Assembly (NCBI GenBank): GCA_965215515.1
Contig: OZ244057.1
Coordinates: forward strand, 1,248,001-1,312,000
Direction of reading: 5' to 3'
Length of the DNA stretch: 64,000 nt
Origin: Oligoflexales bacterium
Lineage (GTDB): Bacteria; Bdellovibrionota_B; Oligoflexia; Oligoflexales; JAPPIL01
Below the pieces are notes generated by a model. The model was given only the letters and a program-made list of their open reading frames with translations, did no database searches and was not told where the DNA came from. The position numbers were made by a program, and so were the translations under genes. Position 1 is the stretch's first letter; each line of letters starts with the position of its first letter. This document shows, piece after piece, positions 1 to 9,706 of the stretch.

Positions 1-1
1 T

Positions 2-232
2 ATTCAAAAAGCCATCGCCAAGGAGAAGGCTGACATCAAGGTAATTCAGGCCGAAGGACAGGCAAAGGCACAAGAGATTGTCAGGCAGACTCTCACAGCG
101 CTGTATATCAAGCACCAAGCGGTGAAAGCGATGGAAGAGTTGGCCAAGTCTCCTAACAAAGTCTTCATTTATATTCCTGTTGAAGATATGGCGATTCCGC
201 TGGTCAAGACCGTCGAAGAAGGTTCGCAGTAA
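2..232 (+). CDS. C-terminal fragment of SPFH/prohibitin (band 7) family protein, truncated by window start
   Basis: Frame 2 reads IQKAIAKEKADIKVIQAEGQAKAQEIVRQTLTALYIKHQAVKAMEELAKSPNKVFIYIP..., stop TAA 230-232; AEGxAxA coiled coil and SPNKVxxIP tail typical of SPFH proteins. Confidence 0.7.
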   Translation: MQKAIAKEKADIKVIQAEGQAKAQEIVRQTLTALYIKHQAVKAMEELAKSPNKVFIYIPVEDMAIPLVKTVEEGSQ

Positions 233-438
233 TAATTTTTTCCTGAGTTCCGCAGGTAAATTAGCATTGTTGCGCCTAAGTCGATGTGTTTTCAGGCACT
301 ACGAGTCAGTTTGGCAGAAGAAATCAGACGAGAATAAGGCACGGCCGCAGCACCGATTATCGACTTAGGCAACGATGCTCAGTGATTCGGGTAACTAATT
401 ATAATTATTGTTTTTTATAATAACTTTCTTCCCACCAC

Positions 439-466
439 TCAAGAATACGAGTGGATATGCCGACAG
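439..466 (+). promoter_or_regulatory. Putative sigma28 (FliA)-type promoter
   Basis: TCAA(G)-N16-GCCGACAG upstream of GTG 511. Confidence 0.5.
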
Positions 467-510
467 GGTCGGGTGTGGTTTCTATGTATACCGCGGGAAG
501 GAGAGCGAAG

Positions 511-1062
511 GTGCGTGTATATGTTTCTGTGTTGCTGTTTTGCTGTGTTGCCTGTCAAGGAGAGCCGCTGGTGTCAGGTGAGCGGTTCGAGATCAGTGCA
601 GTGGAGGAGGAAGAAGAAGAGGTAGGTTACTGCGATGACGATGATGACGATGCTAGGGAACACGTGCTGACGGGGAAGATCGAGGTTTTTGGCCGTGATG
701 GCACGTCAGAACACACGGGTGTGGTGGAGCGTTTTATCCTCACCGCAGCGCTGACTTGCAGCGATGACAAGCCTGCTAGCATCGCTTTGACACCCCAAGA
801 CGGTGGGGTAACTTATCTCGATGAGAGCGGTGCGCAGAGGGTTGCCGAGCTCAGCCTTGTCGGGCTCGATGCGCCGCTGAAGAAAGACCCTCCTGTTGTG
901 CACGCTGACCATCGTCTGCACACGTGGTTTGCCCATGACCACACTAGGCGGGTAGTGCTGCAAAAAAGGGAGGAACTTGACGACATGTGGGCAGCTGATT
1001 TTCACGTGACGACCTATGTCCTGCACGACGCTGCCGCCGAGTTACATCTGTCACGGCAGTAG
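511..1062 (+). CDS. Hypothetical lipoprotein with acidic tract
   Basis: Start moved to GTG 511 (AGGAG upstream); MRVYVSVLLFCCVAC lipobox-like; EEEEEE...DDDDDD tract. Confidence 0.6.
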   Translation: MRVYVSVLLFCCVACQGEPLVSGERFEISAVEEEEEEVGYCDDDDDDAREHVLTGKIEVFGRDGTSEHTGVVERFILTAALTCSDDKPASIALTPQDGGVTYLDESGAQRVAELSLVGLDAPLKKDPPVVHADHRLHTWFAHDHTRRVVLQKREELDDMWAADFHVTTYVLHDAAAELHLSRQ

Positions 1063-1099
1063 TGGTTTTATTATTGGCGCAGGTGCGCGTCGCGAGTGT

Positions 1100-2449
1100 T
1101 TATTGTGCAAAATCTGGCTCAGGGCATTCCTCAGCGACACAAGGTGTGAAGGTCAGCTTAGCGAAACCTGTCAGGCCACCACGTGGTTTTAAACTCATCC
1201 ACATCTTCTTGATGTGGAGGTGATGATCGAAGTCAACTTTGCCCAGGGTGAATTCCTTTTTATGCTTCCTGGAAGTGGTGCGAGACTCATAACGCAAAGC
1301 GACATCGCCGCGTTTGCTGTCGTCCACATAAATAGTGAGATTGAGATGCTCTTGCACACCCGCCGAGTAGAAGAAAGGCATCGTAAAAGGTTCGTAAAAT
1401 GCCAAGATGTCGTGGGCTAGCAGTAGCCGCGCTAACTTGAGACGTGCCAAGTTTTCTACCAGTACGCTAAAATCAGCATCCGCCGCGGCACGTGGTGCGA
1501 GATTGAGTTGCAACAGCTTTACCGCAGATGACTGACGTAGAGCAAGCACTGCACGATAAGCCGCATCCGCGGTGTTGAGTACCTCTTGATCGAGCTGTAC
1601 ACCACGCAGACGCTGCTTGTGAGCGATCCTTTTATTTGGCAAGATGAGATGCCGATGGGCGATGGCCTCCCTCACCGCACGGTAGTCAAAAAACCTAAGC
1701 CCCGCAAACTTGACCTCCGTCTGTGTGGCAAGGTTGTCGAACCCGTAGCCATCGCTGTCAGCCACATGCAGTCTGGCAAAACCCCGATACATGCTGCTGC
1801 CCAGCTCTACCAACGCCCGTTCGCTGGCAGCAACGGCAGACAACACCTCGGCTATCCGCGTGAGCACCCTGCGGCGCTCCGAAGCTAACCAACTGAGACG
1901 CAGAGGCATGGTGAAACCATTATACAATCCGTCATGTGTCACATAGTTCTCGTCCGCGAGATAAAAACGTACGGGCTCTGGATCGAGATACTTCCCCCCC
2001 TTCAAAGTCGGAGCGAGATAACCAGCAACGCTAAGCACACCCTCTTCCTCCTGCACACGCACGTGCATGTGTGCAATCTTCCCCTTTGCCGTCACTGCAA
2101 TCGACCAACGAGTCGTGTGCAACAGTTCTGCACCTACGTCCATGCCTGTCTCGCTACGTAGCATAGGGGGTACTTGCCCCTCGCCTCCCGCGGCCCCCCG
2201 TGCGCCAGATGAGGCGATCCCTGCGCTTTGCACGGGAGGTAGGCAAGCAAGGCTCAACAACGCACCGCCGCACGCGGCAACCCTTACCCAGCGGTCGAGA
2301 TGATGACGTTGTTCGCCCATCAGCCTGTGCAGACTATCCCGTACTAACTTCCCCCTACCTCCAGCACGCCACGATAGAGCCGTGTTTAAATGTAGCGCGA
2401 CGCACAGCAACAACAAAGTTCTGACCACCCCACCTCCAGCACAACACAT
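1100..2449 (-). CDS. Hypothetical protein, probably exported
   Basis: 449-aa ORF, hydrophobic N-terminus; no recognised motif; true start may be about 2428. Confidence 0.55.
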   Translation of the reverse strand: MCCAGGGVVRTLLLLCVALHLNTALSWRAGGRGKLVRDSLHRLMGEQRHHLDRWVRVAACGGALLSLACLPPVQSAGIASSGARGAAGGEGQVPPMLRSETGMDVGAELLHTTRWSIAVTAKGKIAHMHVRVQEEEGVLSVAGYLAPTLKGGKYLDPEPVRFYLADENYVTHDGLYNGFTMPLRLSWLASERRRVLTRIAEVLSAVAASERALVELGSSMYRGFARLHVADSDGYGFDNLATQTEVKFAGLRFFDYRAVREAIAHRHLILPNKRIAHKQRLRGVQLDQEVLNTADAAYRAVLALRQSSAVKLLQLNLAPRAAADADFSVLVENLARLKLARLLLAHDILAFYEPFTMPFFYSAGVQEHLNLTIYVDDSKRGDVALRYESRTTSRKHKKEFTLGKVDFDHHLHIKKMWMSLKPRGGLTGFAKLTFTPCVAEECPEPDFAQ

Positions 2450-2552
2450 GCCAGTAAAAATAAAGAGGGGGCGATACTACACACACAAGACGATGAAGAC
2501 AAGCGAGATTGCAGAGGAAGAGTCCGCCTACGGACGACAGACGACGTAGCCG

Positions 2553-3491
2553 CTAAGGCTGCTGAACCTGTCTCTGTTTTTCATAGAAATCGCCCGTGAA
2601 ACCAGGCAGATAGCGTTTGATGAGATCCATCTCAGCCGTGATGGAAGGATTAGCGAGTGGTAGTAGCCGCAGAGCATCGGTCAACCACGCGCGGTGTTGA
2701 CGCAAGTCAAGGGCGAAGGAATGAAACCGCAGCAGCGGCAACGCCATACTGTGAATGCCGACGAGATGCATCGTGCCGTTGTCATCGTGCCACCAGACAG
2801 GGCCGCCAGAATCACCGAAACCGATCCGCGCGCGAAAATTAGTGAATTCCAACAGATCTGAATGCTGGTAGTCTTTCTTGATAACTACCTCCGCCTTGCG
2901 CAAGACACCGCCCGCCTGTCCCAGACGACCCATACCATAGCCAGCCAGCGTGACCCGCCGCCCGCTGAGGTCGGTGGTGGGGGACGGAATGCGATAGGCT
3001 AACTCATAAGGTAGAGGCAAAGGTGATGCGAGTTGCAACAAAGCGATGTCCCTCAGCTGGGAACGGCGTGGCAGGAGAAAGAGCATGGTCTCCCACATCA
3101 CGGCAAACGCTCTACCGCTGACAAAAGAGAACGAAGTGGCACTGCGCAGATAAGAGCCAGGTGCAATCCACGACACACCCGCACGGCTAGCATGCCAACT
3201 CCGCCCGTTCGCCAAAATTACCTTGTTGTGATAACCGACCGTGACGTGCGCTCGCCAGGCACCGACCATGCAGTGTGCCGCCAACAACACCTGATTGGGA
3301 GTGAGCAACGTGCCTGAACAGCGTGAGTAACGATACCCATCGCCAGCGCTGACCGACAGCGCTACATGCACCGTGTAACGGTTGAAAGGATCACTGCCAT
3401 GTACCTCAACCCCACCCACCTGTACCTGTGCGGAGGGAGATGCACCGCAGGCGCTGAGCAACACAAACCCTGGCAGCAACACCGCTTTCAT
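2553..3491 (-). CDS. Trypsin-like (S1) serine protease, lipoprotein
   Basis: CSGTLL..LLAAHC, RDIALL, GDSGGP triad motifs; MKAVLLPGFVLLSAC lipobox; ATGA overlap with upstream ORF. Confidence 0.9.
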   Translation of the reverse strand: MKAVLLPGFVLLSACGASPSAQVQVGGVEVHGSDPFNRYTVHVALSVSAGDGYRYSRCSGTLLTPNQVLLAAHCMVGAWRAHVTVGYHNKVILANGRSWHASRAGVSWIAPGSYLRSATSFSFVSGRAFAVMWETMLFLLPRRSQLRDIALLQLASPLPLPYELAYRIPSPTTDLSGRRVTLAGYGMGRLGQAGGVLRKAEVVIKKDYQHSDLLEFTNFRARIGFGDSGGPVWWHDDNGTMHLVGIHSMALPLLRFHSFALDLRQHRAWLTDALRLLPLANPSITAEMDLIKRYLPGFTGDFYEKQRQVQQP

Positions 3492-4111
3492 GGCGCGCTC
3501 TCTGTCTCTGCGTGGCAAGGCAAGGAATTTTCCGTCACCAACCACCCCAACACCTTCTCGACACGCGGCAGTGCATCGTCAGCACGATGTATGCCTGGGG
3601 ACAGGATGGCATCGATGGTCGCAGCACTCTCCTTCGCAGCCACTGCTTCAGTAGCCAACACCGCCCCGACGAGAGATACACCCGCTGCACAGGTTAACAC
3701 CGTGGCCCGCCGCAGTGCCACGTGCCGACTCGCTACCCAGGCGGTGAAAGTTGCCAAACACACGGTTGCAGTGGGAAACAGCGCATAGGCCGCAGCGGGA
3801 AACTTGTAGCTCGTATAAACAGACTCCGCCTCCACTGCACGGCGCAGGTCATCAGCTGCCACCGTTTGCGCCGTAAGCAACTGTGCGTCACCACGCACCT
3901 CTACGTCGAGTAAACCATCGGCCGCACTCGTGCCGATGGCAAAGTCCCTGCGATAAATGCAGTACTGCCCGTTTTTACGCTGTTCAGCAAAAACAACCGC
4001 CGCGGCCCCCGCATCGTTGTCGGTGACCACATACCCAGCACCACCAGGCGGATCGTCCGCACAAGCAAAGGCGGACAAGCACATCACCACATACCCAGCG
4101 CCACATCGCAC
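3488..4111 (-). CDS. Hypothetical exported/membrane protein
   Basis: Signal-like N-terminus from GTG 4111 (start uncertain), two C-terminal hydrophobic segments; coupled to protease. Confidence 0.5.
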   Translation of the reverse strand: MRCGAGYVVMCLSAFACADDPPGGAGYVVTDNDAGAAAVVFAEQRKNGQYCIYRRDFAIGTSAADGLLDVEVRGDAQLLTAQTVAADDLRRAVEAESVYTSYKFPAAAYALFPTATVCLATFTAWVASRHVALRRATVLTCAAGVSLVGAVLATEAVAAKESAATIDAILSPGIHRADDALPRVEKVLGWLVTENSLPCHAETESAP

Positions 4112-4260
4112 GGCAGCCCTAGGAAAAAAACCCAAACGCCCCCTCAAAGCATTCCTCCACCAGTCCTGACAACCTGGGGCGCTTGTAGCAGAGGAGTGCG
4201 GCACTGGCAAGCGAAAACAAAAAACACACCCGTCGGGGGTGTAGAGAGGGCGAGCTGCGT

Positions 4261-5166
4261 TCAGATGCGAATACCCATCCCGCCCCACATGGTGAAAAAG
4301 TTATGGTAGCCATCAGGAGTTGCCAGGAGAGTAAAATTACGCAACTCAACCTTGATGAACATATGTTTCAGGAAATGATACTTCTGCCCTACACTGAAGC
4401 TGACAAACAATTCGGTACGATCTTCTGGTTCAGGTCGTCCTGCCGTTCCCCATAATTCTTTTTCATTCTCCCCAGCTCCAAAACTTTTCATATCCTCCTT
4501 CACATTACCATCGGCTTTTCGCGTAGTGTAGCGAGATGTCTTCCCAGTCTTAAGTTTCTTGCTCAGCGGATAATAGGTAGACGTACCCATCCCGCCACCA
4601 AAAGTCAGGAAAATATCCATGTGACTGGTGCGCGGCAAAAAAGAAAAAATCTGCTTGCCATAGACAGGTGACCAGACGGCACTGAGCGAGAACAGCTGAC
4701 CTATCTCCGTGATGGCTATGTACGCGGGGCCAACATTGGCACTTGCCCCAGGTTGTCGAAGTGTTGCGCCAACATCGCCGAGCGCACCATCCGCACACTT
4801 GCCTGGCAACGACGGACCGTTTTGCGGACTAAAATCATTGTAAAAAGATTCGATACATAAACGCTCGGCACGATCTTGGTTCATCGCTACCGCAGCTTCC
4901 AAAGCCATGCCCCACGCTTCCGAAAAGTGATAGCTAACTCCACCGTGCACCATCATCGTGTTGACGAAGGAGTGATTCATGATTGCCCCGAAGTTGGCAT
5001 TTACCTCGATGCGTTTTTGCTTGGGGAAAAGTTTGCGCAGCACAACAGCTTGACCCTCGGTCGCTTTACGGTAGGCTCGGTGCTTTTTCCCCCAAACTGG
5101 GACGGAAATACACAACAACACCGCCACCAAAGATAATCTGGTCGAGAAGGTTTCCAGCACGAGCAC
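4261..5166 (-). CDS. Outer-membrane beta-barrel protein of myxobacterial/Bdellovibrio type (TIGR04565-like, GltA/B/H-related)
   Basis: Signal peptide; RKLFPKQKRIEV..NHSFVNT..GGVSYHFSEAWG, WSPVYGK, C-terminal beta-strand. Confidence 0.7.
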   Translation of the reverse strand: MLVLETFSTRLSLVAVLLCISVPVWGKKHRAYRKATEGQAVVLRKLFPKQKRIEVNANFGAIMNHSFVNTMMVHGGVSYHFSEAWGMALEAAVAMNQDRAERLCIESFYNDFSPQNGPSLPGKCADGALGDVGATLRQPGASANVGPAYIAITEIGQLFSLSAVWSPVYGKQIFSFLPRTSHMDIFLTFGGGMGTSTYYPLSKKLKTGKTSRYTTRKADGNVKEDMKSFGAGENEKELWGTAGRPEPEDRTELFVSFSVGQKYHFLKHMFIKVELRNFTLLATPDGYHNFFTMWGGMGIRI

Positions 5167-5355
5167 AACTCCAGCACCTGCCTACCATTTTAAGTTTATT
5201 CACGACATCATGCCAGCGGGACACTTGGCCATCTCGACCACTGCTCAACCAAAAAACCATATAAACAATGGTTTACAAACATTGCTAATAAAATTTTCAC
5301 AACCCTCCGATGAGAGGGAGTGAAGGAAGTCGTTCAGCTGCAACGGAGGTGCCGT

Positions 5356-5640
5356 ATGGTAGTGCGAATGTCGAAGCTGGAGAAGTCACTGGTCGAACTG
5401 GGGGCGGAGGTGTTCAAGCTCAGGCACGAGATGGCGGAGATGCGAGACTTTCACGCCTGTGTCGTTGCGACGCTGCACAGTCTGCGCTCCCTGCTGGAAG
5501 ACAAGGGAGCGATCACTGTCGCCGACCTCGATGCCGCGGCAGCCGACGTTGGCTTGCTTAATCAAGGGCAAGAACTATGCGAACAGCAACTCGAAATCAC
5601 CGCTCAAGAAGTTCTCACCCGTAAACGATTGTCACACTGA
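5356..5640 (+). CDS. Small hypothetical coiled-coil protein
   Basis: GGAGG before ATG 5356; helical sequence. Confidence 0.55.
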   Translation: MVVRMSKLEKSLVELGAEVFKLRHEMAEMRDFHACVVATLHSLRSLLEDKGAITVADLDAAAADVGLLNQGQELCEQQLEITAQEVLTRKRLSH

Positions 5641-5681
5641 GCCACGCCTCTCTGCCTAGCCACGGAACTCAGGGGTGAGAG

Positions 5682-6413
5682 TTATTCACGTAACGCGGCG
5701 ATCAGGGCGACTAACTCGGCACGGCTGTAATTCTTGAGCAGCACATTGGAGTTGTCGTCGGGCGAGGACTCTTTCTGCGCTAGCACCTTCTCCAGGGCAT
5801 CGGCAGCCTTGCGTCGTGAGGACATGGCAAGGTCGGCGAAACGTGCCCACTTCTTGGCCAATTCGAGGTGTCGCCATGCACAGGAATGGTAGACACCCTG
5901 TGCGCAGTAAAAGTTCGCAATGGAGATAAAACTACCCGCGATGCGCCGCTCGCCCTGCTCGATCAACTGCTGTGCCTGCCGTGCTTCCGCACTGCGAGGG
6001 TACGCCGCCAACAGCGCACGCCACGCTGCAAGTGCTTGGTAAGTGTAGTTCTGCTCGCGATCGACTTCGGTCGGAGCCTCTACCCAGTGCGCTTGCCCGA
6101 TTTGAAACATGGCGTAAGCACGACGAGGATGGCGCGGGCGTAGACGTACGAAACGCTGGTAGGCGAGCAAGGCCTCTGGATAACGCGCCAGCGCATAGAA
6201 CGCATCAGCGATCAGTAGTTCAGCCTCAGCGGCCAGTTTGTTGTAGGGATAGCGCGACTTGAAACTACCGAGACGAGCAATAGCCAGCTCGTAATCCTGC
6301 CCCTCGAAACTTTCCCGCGCCGCAGCAAAGGCCGCCTCAGGATTGTGAGGATCGCCGTTTTTGGCAAAACAACCGCTCACGGTAAGATAAAAGATTAACA
6401 AAAACAAGTGCAT
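5682..6413 (-). CDS. bamD: Outer membrane protein assembly factor BamD
   Basis: Lipobox VSGC; TPRs with RYPY, YQRFVRLRPRHP, DREQ..T..AL, YPRS, IANFY; start at ATG 6413. Confidence 0.85.
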   Translation of the reverse strand: MHLFLLIFYLTVSGCFAKNGDPHNPEAAFAAARESFEGQDYELAIARLGSFKSRYPYNKLAAEAELLIADAFYALARYPEALLAYQRFVRLRPRHPRRAYAMFQIGQAHWVEAPTEVDREQNYTYQALAAWRALLAAYPRSAEARQAQQLIEQGERRIAGSFISIANFYCAQGVYHSCAWRHLELAKKWARFADLAMSSRRKAADALEKVLAQKESSPDDNSNVLLKNYSRAELVALIAALRE

Positions 6414-6525
6414 GGCAACAAACAAGTAAGCATTCGCGTTACATCTGCCGATCTTACCAGTATCATAAAGGACGCGATCAGTAACCCTGTTTTTTGCGGG
6501 GAAGACGGATTGAGAGGAGAATACG

Positions 6526-7296
6526 GTGCGGCAAGCCATCGTCATCATCGCCCTGTCACTTGCCATCCACCTGCTACTGTGGATGATCTTCACCTCACTC
6601 GCCACCCCTCAGCGGCCGCTCACCCGTAAAGTGGCAACACCTACCGTCCTACAGGTGCAAGTCGTGCCAGCACCGCAAGCAAAACGTATCCTGGAGACTG
6701 AGCAGGAGGAAACCGAGCCACCGCTGCAGGCACGCTATCTCGGTCGCACCAACCATCGGGCTGAGGTTGCGACCAAAAAGCAAGCCGCCCCCCGCCGCCG
6801 TGCCGCTGTGGAGAAATTTGTGCCCCGCCGTAGCATCACCGCACCTCGTTCCGCCACGAACAAACGTGCGCTACCTAAACTGACCTACGCACAGTTTCTG
6901 CAACAATCTCACCGCAGACTCGCCAGCAACGTCGCTCAGGACTTTTTTATTCCCGATGACCTCGCCCGCGGCACCGCGATAGACATCAGCACCCGTGAAT
7001 ATCGTTATATCGGCTACTTCAGTAGCCTGCGGAAAGCGATCGAGTTGGCGTGGCACTACCCCGCCCAGGCGGCACGGCGCGGCCAGCAGGGCATCGTGCG
7101 CTTGCGGTTTGCGATCGCCGCCGACGGCTCAGCCTCGCGGATCAAAGTCATGCAATCGTCAGGCTACCGCCTACTCGATGTCGCCATCGTCGACGCTATC
7201 CGCCTCGCCTCGCCGTTCTCCCCCTTTCCTAAAGGGTTCGGACGCGCACAACTCACCATCACGGGCTCGTTTCACTACGTCTTGCGCGGCATCTAA
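6526..7296 (+). CDS. tonB: TonB family energy transducer
   Basis: N-terminal TM with SLAIH; C-terminal WHYPAQAARRGQQGIVRLRFAI...SSGYRLLD TonB_C domain. Confidence 0.85.
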   Translation: MRQAIVIIALSLAIHLLLWMIFTSLATPQRPLTRKVATPTVLQVQVVPAPQAKRILETEQEETEPPLQARYLGRTNHRAEVATKKQAAPRRRAAVEKFVPRRSITAPRSATNKRALPKLTYAQFLQQSHRRLASNVAQDFFIPDDLARGTAIDISTREYRYIGYFSSLRKAIELAWHYPAQAARRGQQGIVRLRFAIAADGSASRIKVMQSSGYRLLDVAIVDAIRLASPFSPFPKGFGRAQLTITGSFHYVLRGI

Positions 7297-9050
7297 CCAC
7301 CGCTGTTAAAACATTTTCTTATCTCGTCCAGGTCAGCCTGATCTACCGTGCCGTCGCCATTGACATCGGCACGATGGGCAGGGTCATAGGTTTGTGTGGG
7401 TCGAGCACCGAGCGATGATGCTGCCTTAGTTAGATCAAAAATATTGACAACACCATCGTTGGTGACATCGGTGTGCTTATAGCCGTTGAAGGTGACTTCG
7501 ATACGCTTGCAACGCCGCGTCGTCCAGCTCGCATTAGCATCTCCACCGATGTACCGTATCCCTGCCTCGATATTGCAATCACTCGCACCCTTGCTGTCTC
7601 CGTTGCTGTATACCAGAAATTCCTGTCGATGCACCTCGCAATCCGTCGCCGCGTTAGGATTGGGCGTGAACTTGACATACTTCTCGCCCGTACTCGTCCT
7701 TGTGGTCATGATTCCTGTCTCGATAGTCACTAGACTAGAGAATTTTTCGTACTTCTCTACCTTCTCTTGCTTGGTTAGTGTACTGTCGAACGCGGGTACT
7801 GCTTCGATTTGCAGTGCGAGGTTGCCAAAGCGAACGTTGCTAGCTTTATTGAGGTTCTGGACGGATGTGCTGACAGACTGATCTTTGTGGGTAAGCTCGA
7901 CCTCCCATGTGCTAGTATCGAGCAGGGGAATTTCGAGGGCGATCGTCGTTTTTATCCTAAAGCCGCTGTCCGTGTTACTGAAGGTGAATAGCCGCTCCCG
8001 TCGGTAGGGGCGGCCGTAATCGGTGCCGCTGCCTTTGCTCAGCTTGAAGTAAACCGCGGTACTTTTTCCCGCCGCGAGCGTGCCGCTAGCCAGGCTTTCC
8101 GCTGCGCTCACGGGCTGGTACGTGCCTGTCAGCCCTGATCTAAACTGCAACCATGCCGCAGCCTGCTCGCTTTTTACTTTCCAGCGCAGTGTCCCTTGCC
8201 CGATGTTACTAACGGTAACCGGATAGGCAATCACACTACCGCTGATAATGGTGAGGTTCTTGTTTAGCACTTTGAGCGCACCGACAGCTTTCGCCTGGGT
8301 GGCAGGCTGTTCATCATCGGGACTGGGGGTGGGTTGCTGCTTTTCCCACGTGTAGCGCGTTGCCACCAGCTGTCGCTCACTGTTGTCGCCCAAGCCGCGC
8401 AGACAAAGGGTCTTAGGCCCATTTGCACCGACGGTTAGCTCAAGTATCTTGTTTATCGGCTGTGCCGCGCGGTAGCTAACGTCAGAATCGGTAGCGATAT
8501 CCGCACAGTCGTATTCTTTTTCCTGGATCAGCACATACTGGTAGTGGGTGGTGATATCATTGCCTACAATCTCGTTCACGAGCTTAGCGGCGGTGTCTAT
8601 GGGTTGTGTTTCTAGATAAGCGTTCGGTAGCTTGTCGTCCGTGGCAGCACCATCGACCTTTGTCCAGCTGTAGCGTTTAGGGTCGTCTTGCACCTCGCCG
8701 TGCTCGTTTTTACCTCTGAGACAGAGAGTTTTCTCGCCGTTGCCGCCGATCTCGGGAACTGCCAGTTTGGTGTCAAGGGGTAGGAATTCCCCATAGTTAG
8801 CGGTGTCGCAGGCCGCGTCGGCATCGCGCAACAGGGCAAACTGGTACGCGGTCGCCGTGTCGTTGCCTGAGACCGTCGCCTCCACGCTATCGGCACTCGA
8901 CTCGCCCGCAGGCAGCCCTTGCCCTGCCTCTACCCAGACCTCTGGCGCAGCCGACGGGTTTGCCTCGCCTCCCCCTCTGGATGGCTCCTCGGGGCGTTGA
9001 GTATCACAAGCAATCGCCAGCAAACCCACCAACCAAGGGATAATCCTCAC
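7293..9050 (-). CDS. Multidomain surface lipoprotein: two two-Cys modules, BACON/Ig-like domain, C-terminal dockerin-like Ca-binding repeat
   Basis: LAIAC lipobox; KTLCLRG module twice; DVTNDGVVNIFDL and DVNGDGTVDQADL. Confidence 0.75.
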   Translation of the reverse strand: MRIIPWLVGLLAIACDTQRPEEPSRGGGEANPSAAPEVWVEAGQGLPAGESSADSVEATVSGNDTATAYQFALLRDADAACDTANYGEFLPLDTKLAVPEIGGNGEKTLCLRGKNEHGEVQDDPKRYSWTKVDGAATDDKLPNAYLETQPIDTAAKLVNEIVGNDITTHYQYVLIQEKEYDCADIATDSDVSYRAAQPINKILELTVGANGPKTLCLRGLGDNSERQLVATRYTWEKQQPTPSPDDEQPATQAKAVGALKVLNKNLTIISGSVIAYPVTVSNIGQGTLRWKVKSEQAAAWLQFRSGLTGTYQPVSAAESLASGTLAAGKSTAVYFKLSKGSGTDYGRPYRRERLFTFSNTDSGFRIKTTIALEIPLLDTSTWEVELTHKDQSVSTSVQNLNKASNVRFGNLALQIEAVPAFDSTLTKQEKVEKYEKFSSLVTIETGIMTTRTSTGEKYVKFTPNPNAATDCEVHRQEFLVYSNGDSKGASDCNIEAGIRYIGGDANASWTTRRCKRIEVTFNGYKHTDVTNDGVVNIFDLTKAASSLGARPTQTYDPAHRADVNGDGTVDQADLDEIRKCFNSGG

Positions 9051-9080
9051 GCTAACCTCCAGGCAGTGATCGTCGCTCCT

Positions 9081-9107
9081 CCATCGGTAAACTAAGTAAA
9101 TAGTTTA
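9081..9107 (-). promoter_or_regulatory. Putative sigma28-type promoter
   Basis: Minus strand TAAA-N15-ACCGATGG, 30 nt upstream of start 9050. Confidence 0.5.
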
Positions 9108-9227
9108 ATTTTCCTGTGTTGTTTTGCCTGTCAGGCTATTTTTAGATGTAAAAACAAATAGTTAATTGATAGGCGGGGCGTTGTTGCATAGGTCGGCGTA
9201 TTCAACAAAGGCCGTGTCGCTTCCCTG

Positions 9228-9638
9228 TCATTTAGCGATTTTAAGTGACTTATCGCTTTCGATGCGCAGCACCTGACGGCGCACTGCGGTGTTTTTCGCT
9301 TTGGTGATGATCACGATGGAACTTAGGCCTTTAAAGCTGTAGACGTAAGGCACTGCGGGCTCGATCGCTAAATATCTGACACGTTCTGAGTTGCGATCGT
9401 AGACAGCAAGCTCAATCGCCGTCGGTGCGCTCCCCCCCAAGTTGTGGGTGGTCATCTTCAGCGACTGGGGTCTGTCGGTTGCTGACAGCGTAACGCGGGT
9501 GTCCAACGGCACATAAACCACCGCGGGTTGAGGCAAAGTCACTTCCGATCCACTGGGCAAGGTGTTGAGATTAAAGCCTTTTGCTGCCAGAATACTCGCA
9601 TTTAGCAACAAAACTATGGGTAAGATAAAAACTCGCAC
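9228..9638 (-). CDS. Hypothetical secreted beta-rich protein
   Basis: Signal peptide MRVFILPIVLLLNASILAA; 136 aa. Confidence 0.65.
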   Translation of the reverse strand: MRVFILPIVLLLNASILAAKGFNLNTLPSGSEVTLPQPAVVYVPLDTRVTLSATDRPQSLKMTTHNLGGSAPTAIELAVYDRNSERVRYLAIEPAVPYVYSFKGLSSIVIITKAKNTAVRRQVLRIESDKSLKIAK

Positions 9639-9664
9639 TGAGCTTTATTCTCCCAACTTTACGG

Positions 9665-9691
9665 TCAAGTTTCAGCCGCGGCGTACGAATA
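9665..9691 (+). promoter_or_regulatory. Putative sigma28-type promoter for pilT
   Basis: TCAAGTTT-N11-TACGAATA. Confidence 0.35.
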
Positions 9692-9706
9692 GTATTTTAC
9701 CATAGG

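Noticed and set aside
601..652. GAA/GAT-rich trinucleotide run
   Set aside because: Simply encodes an acidic low-complexity tract
995..1012. ttttcacgtgac resembling parS (also ttcacgtga near 28822)
   Set aside because: Only the core matches TGTTTCACGTGAAACA; both lie in coding sequence
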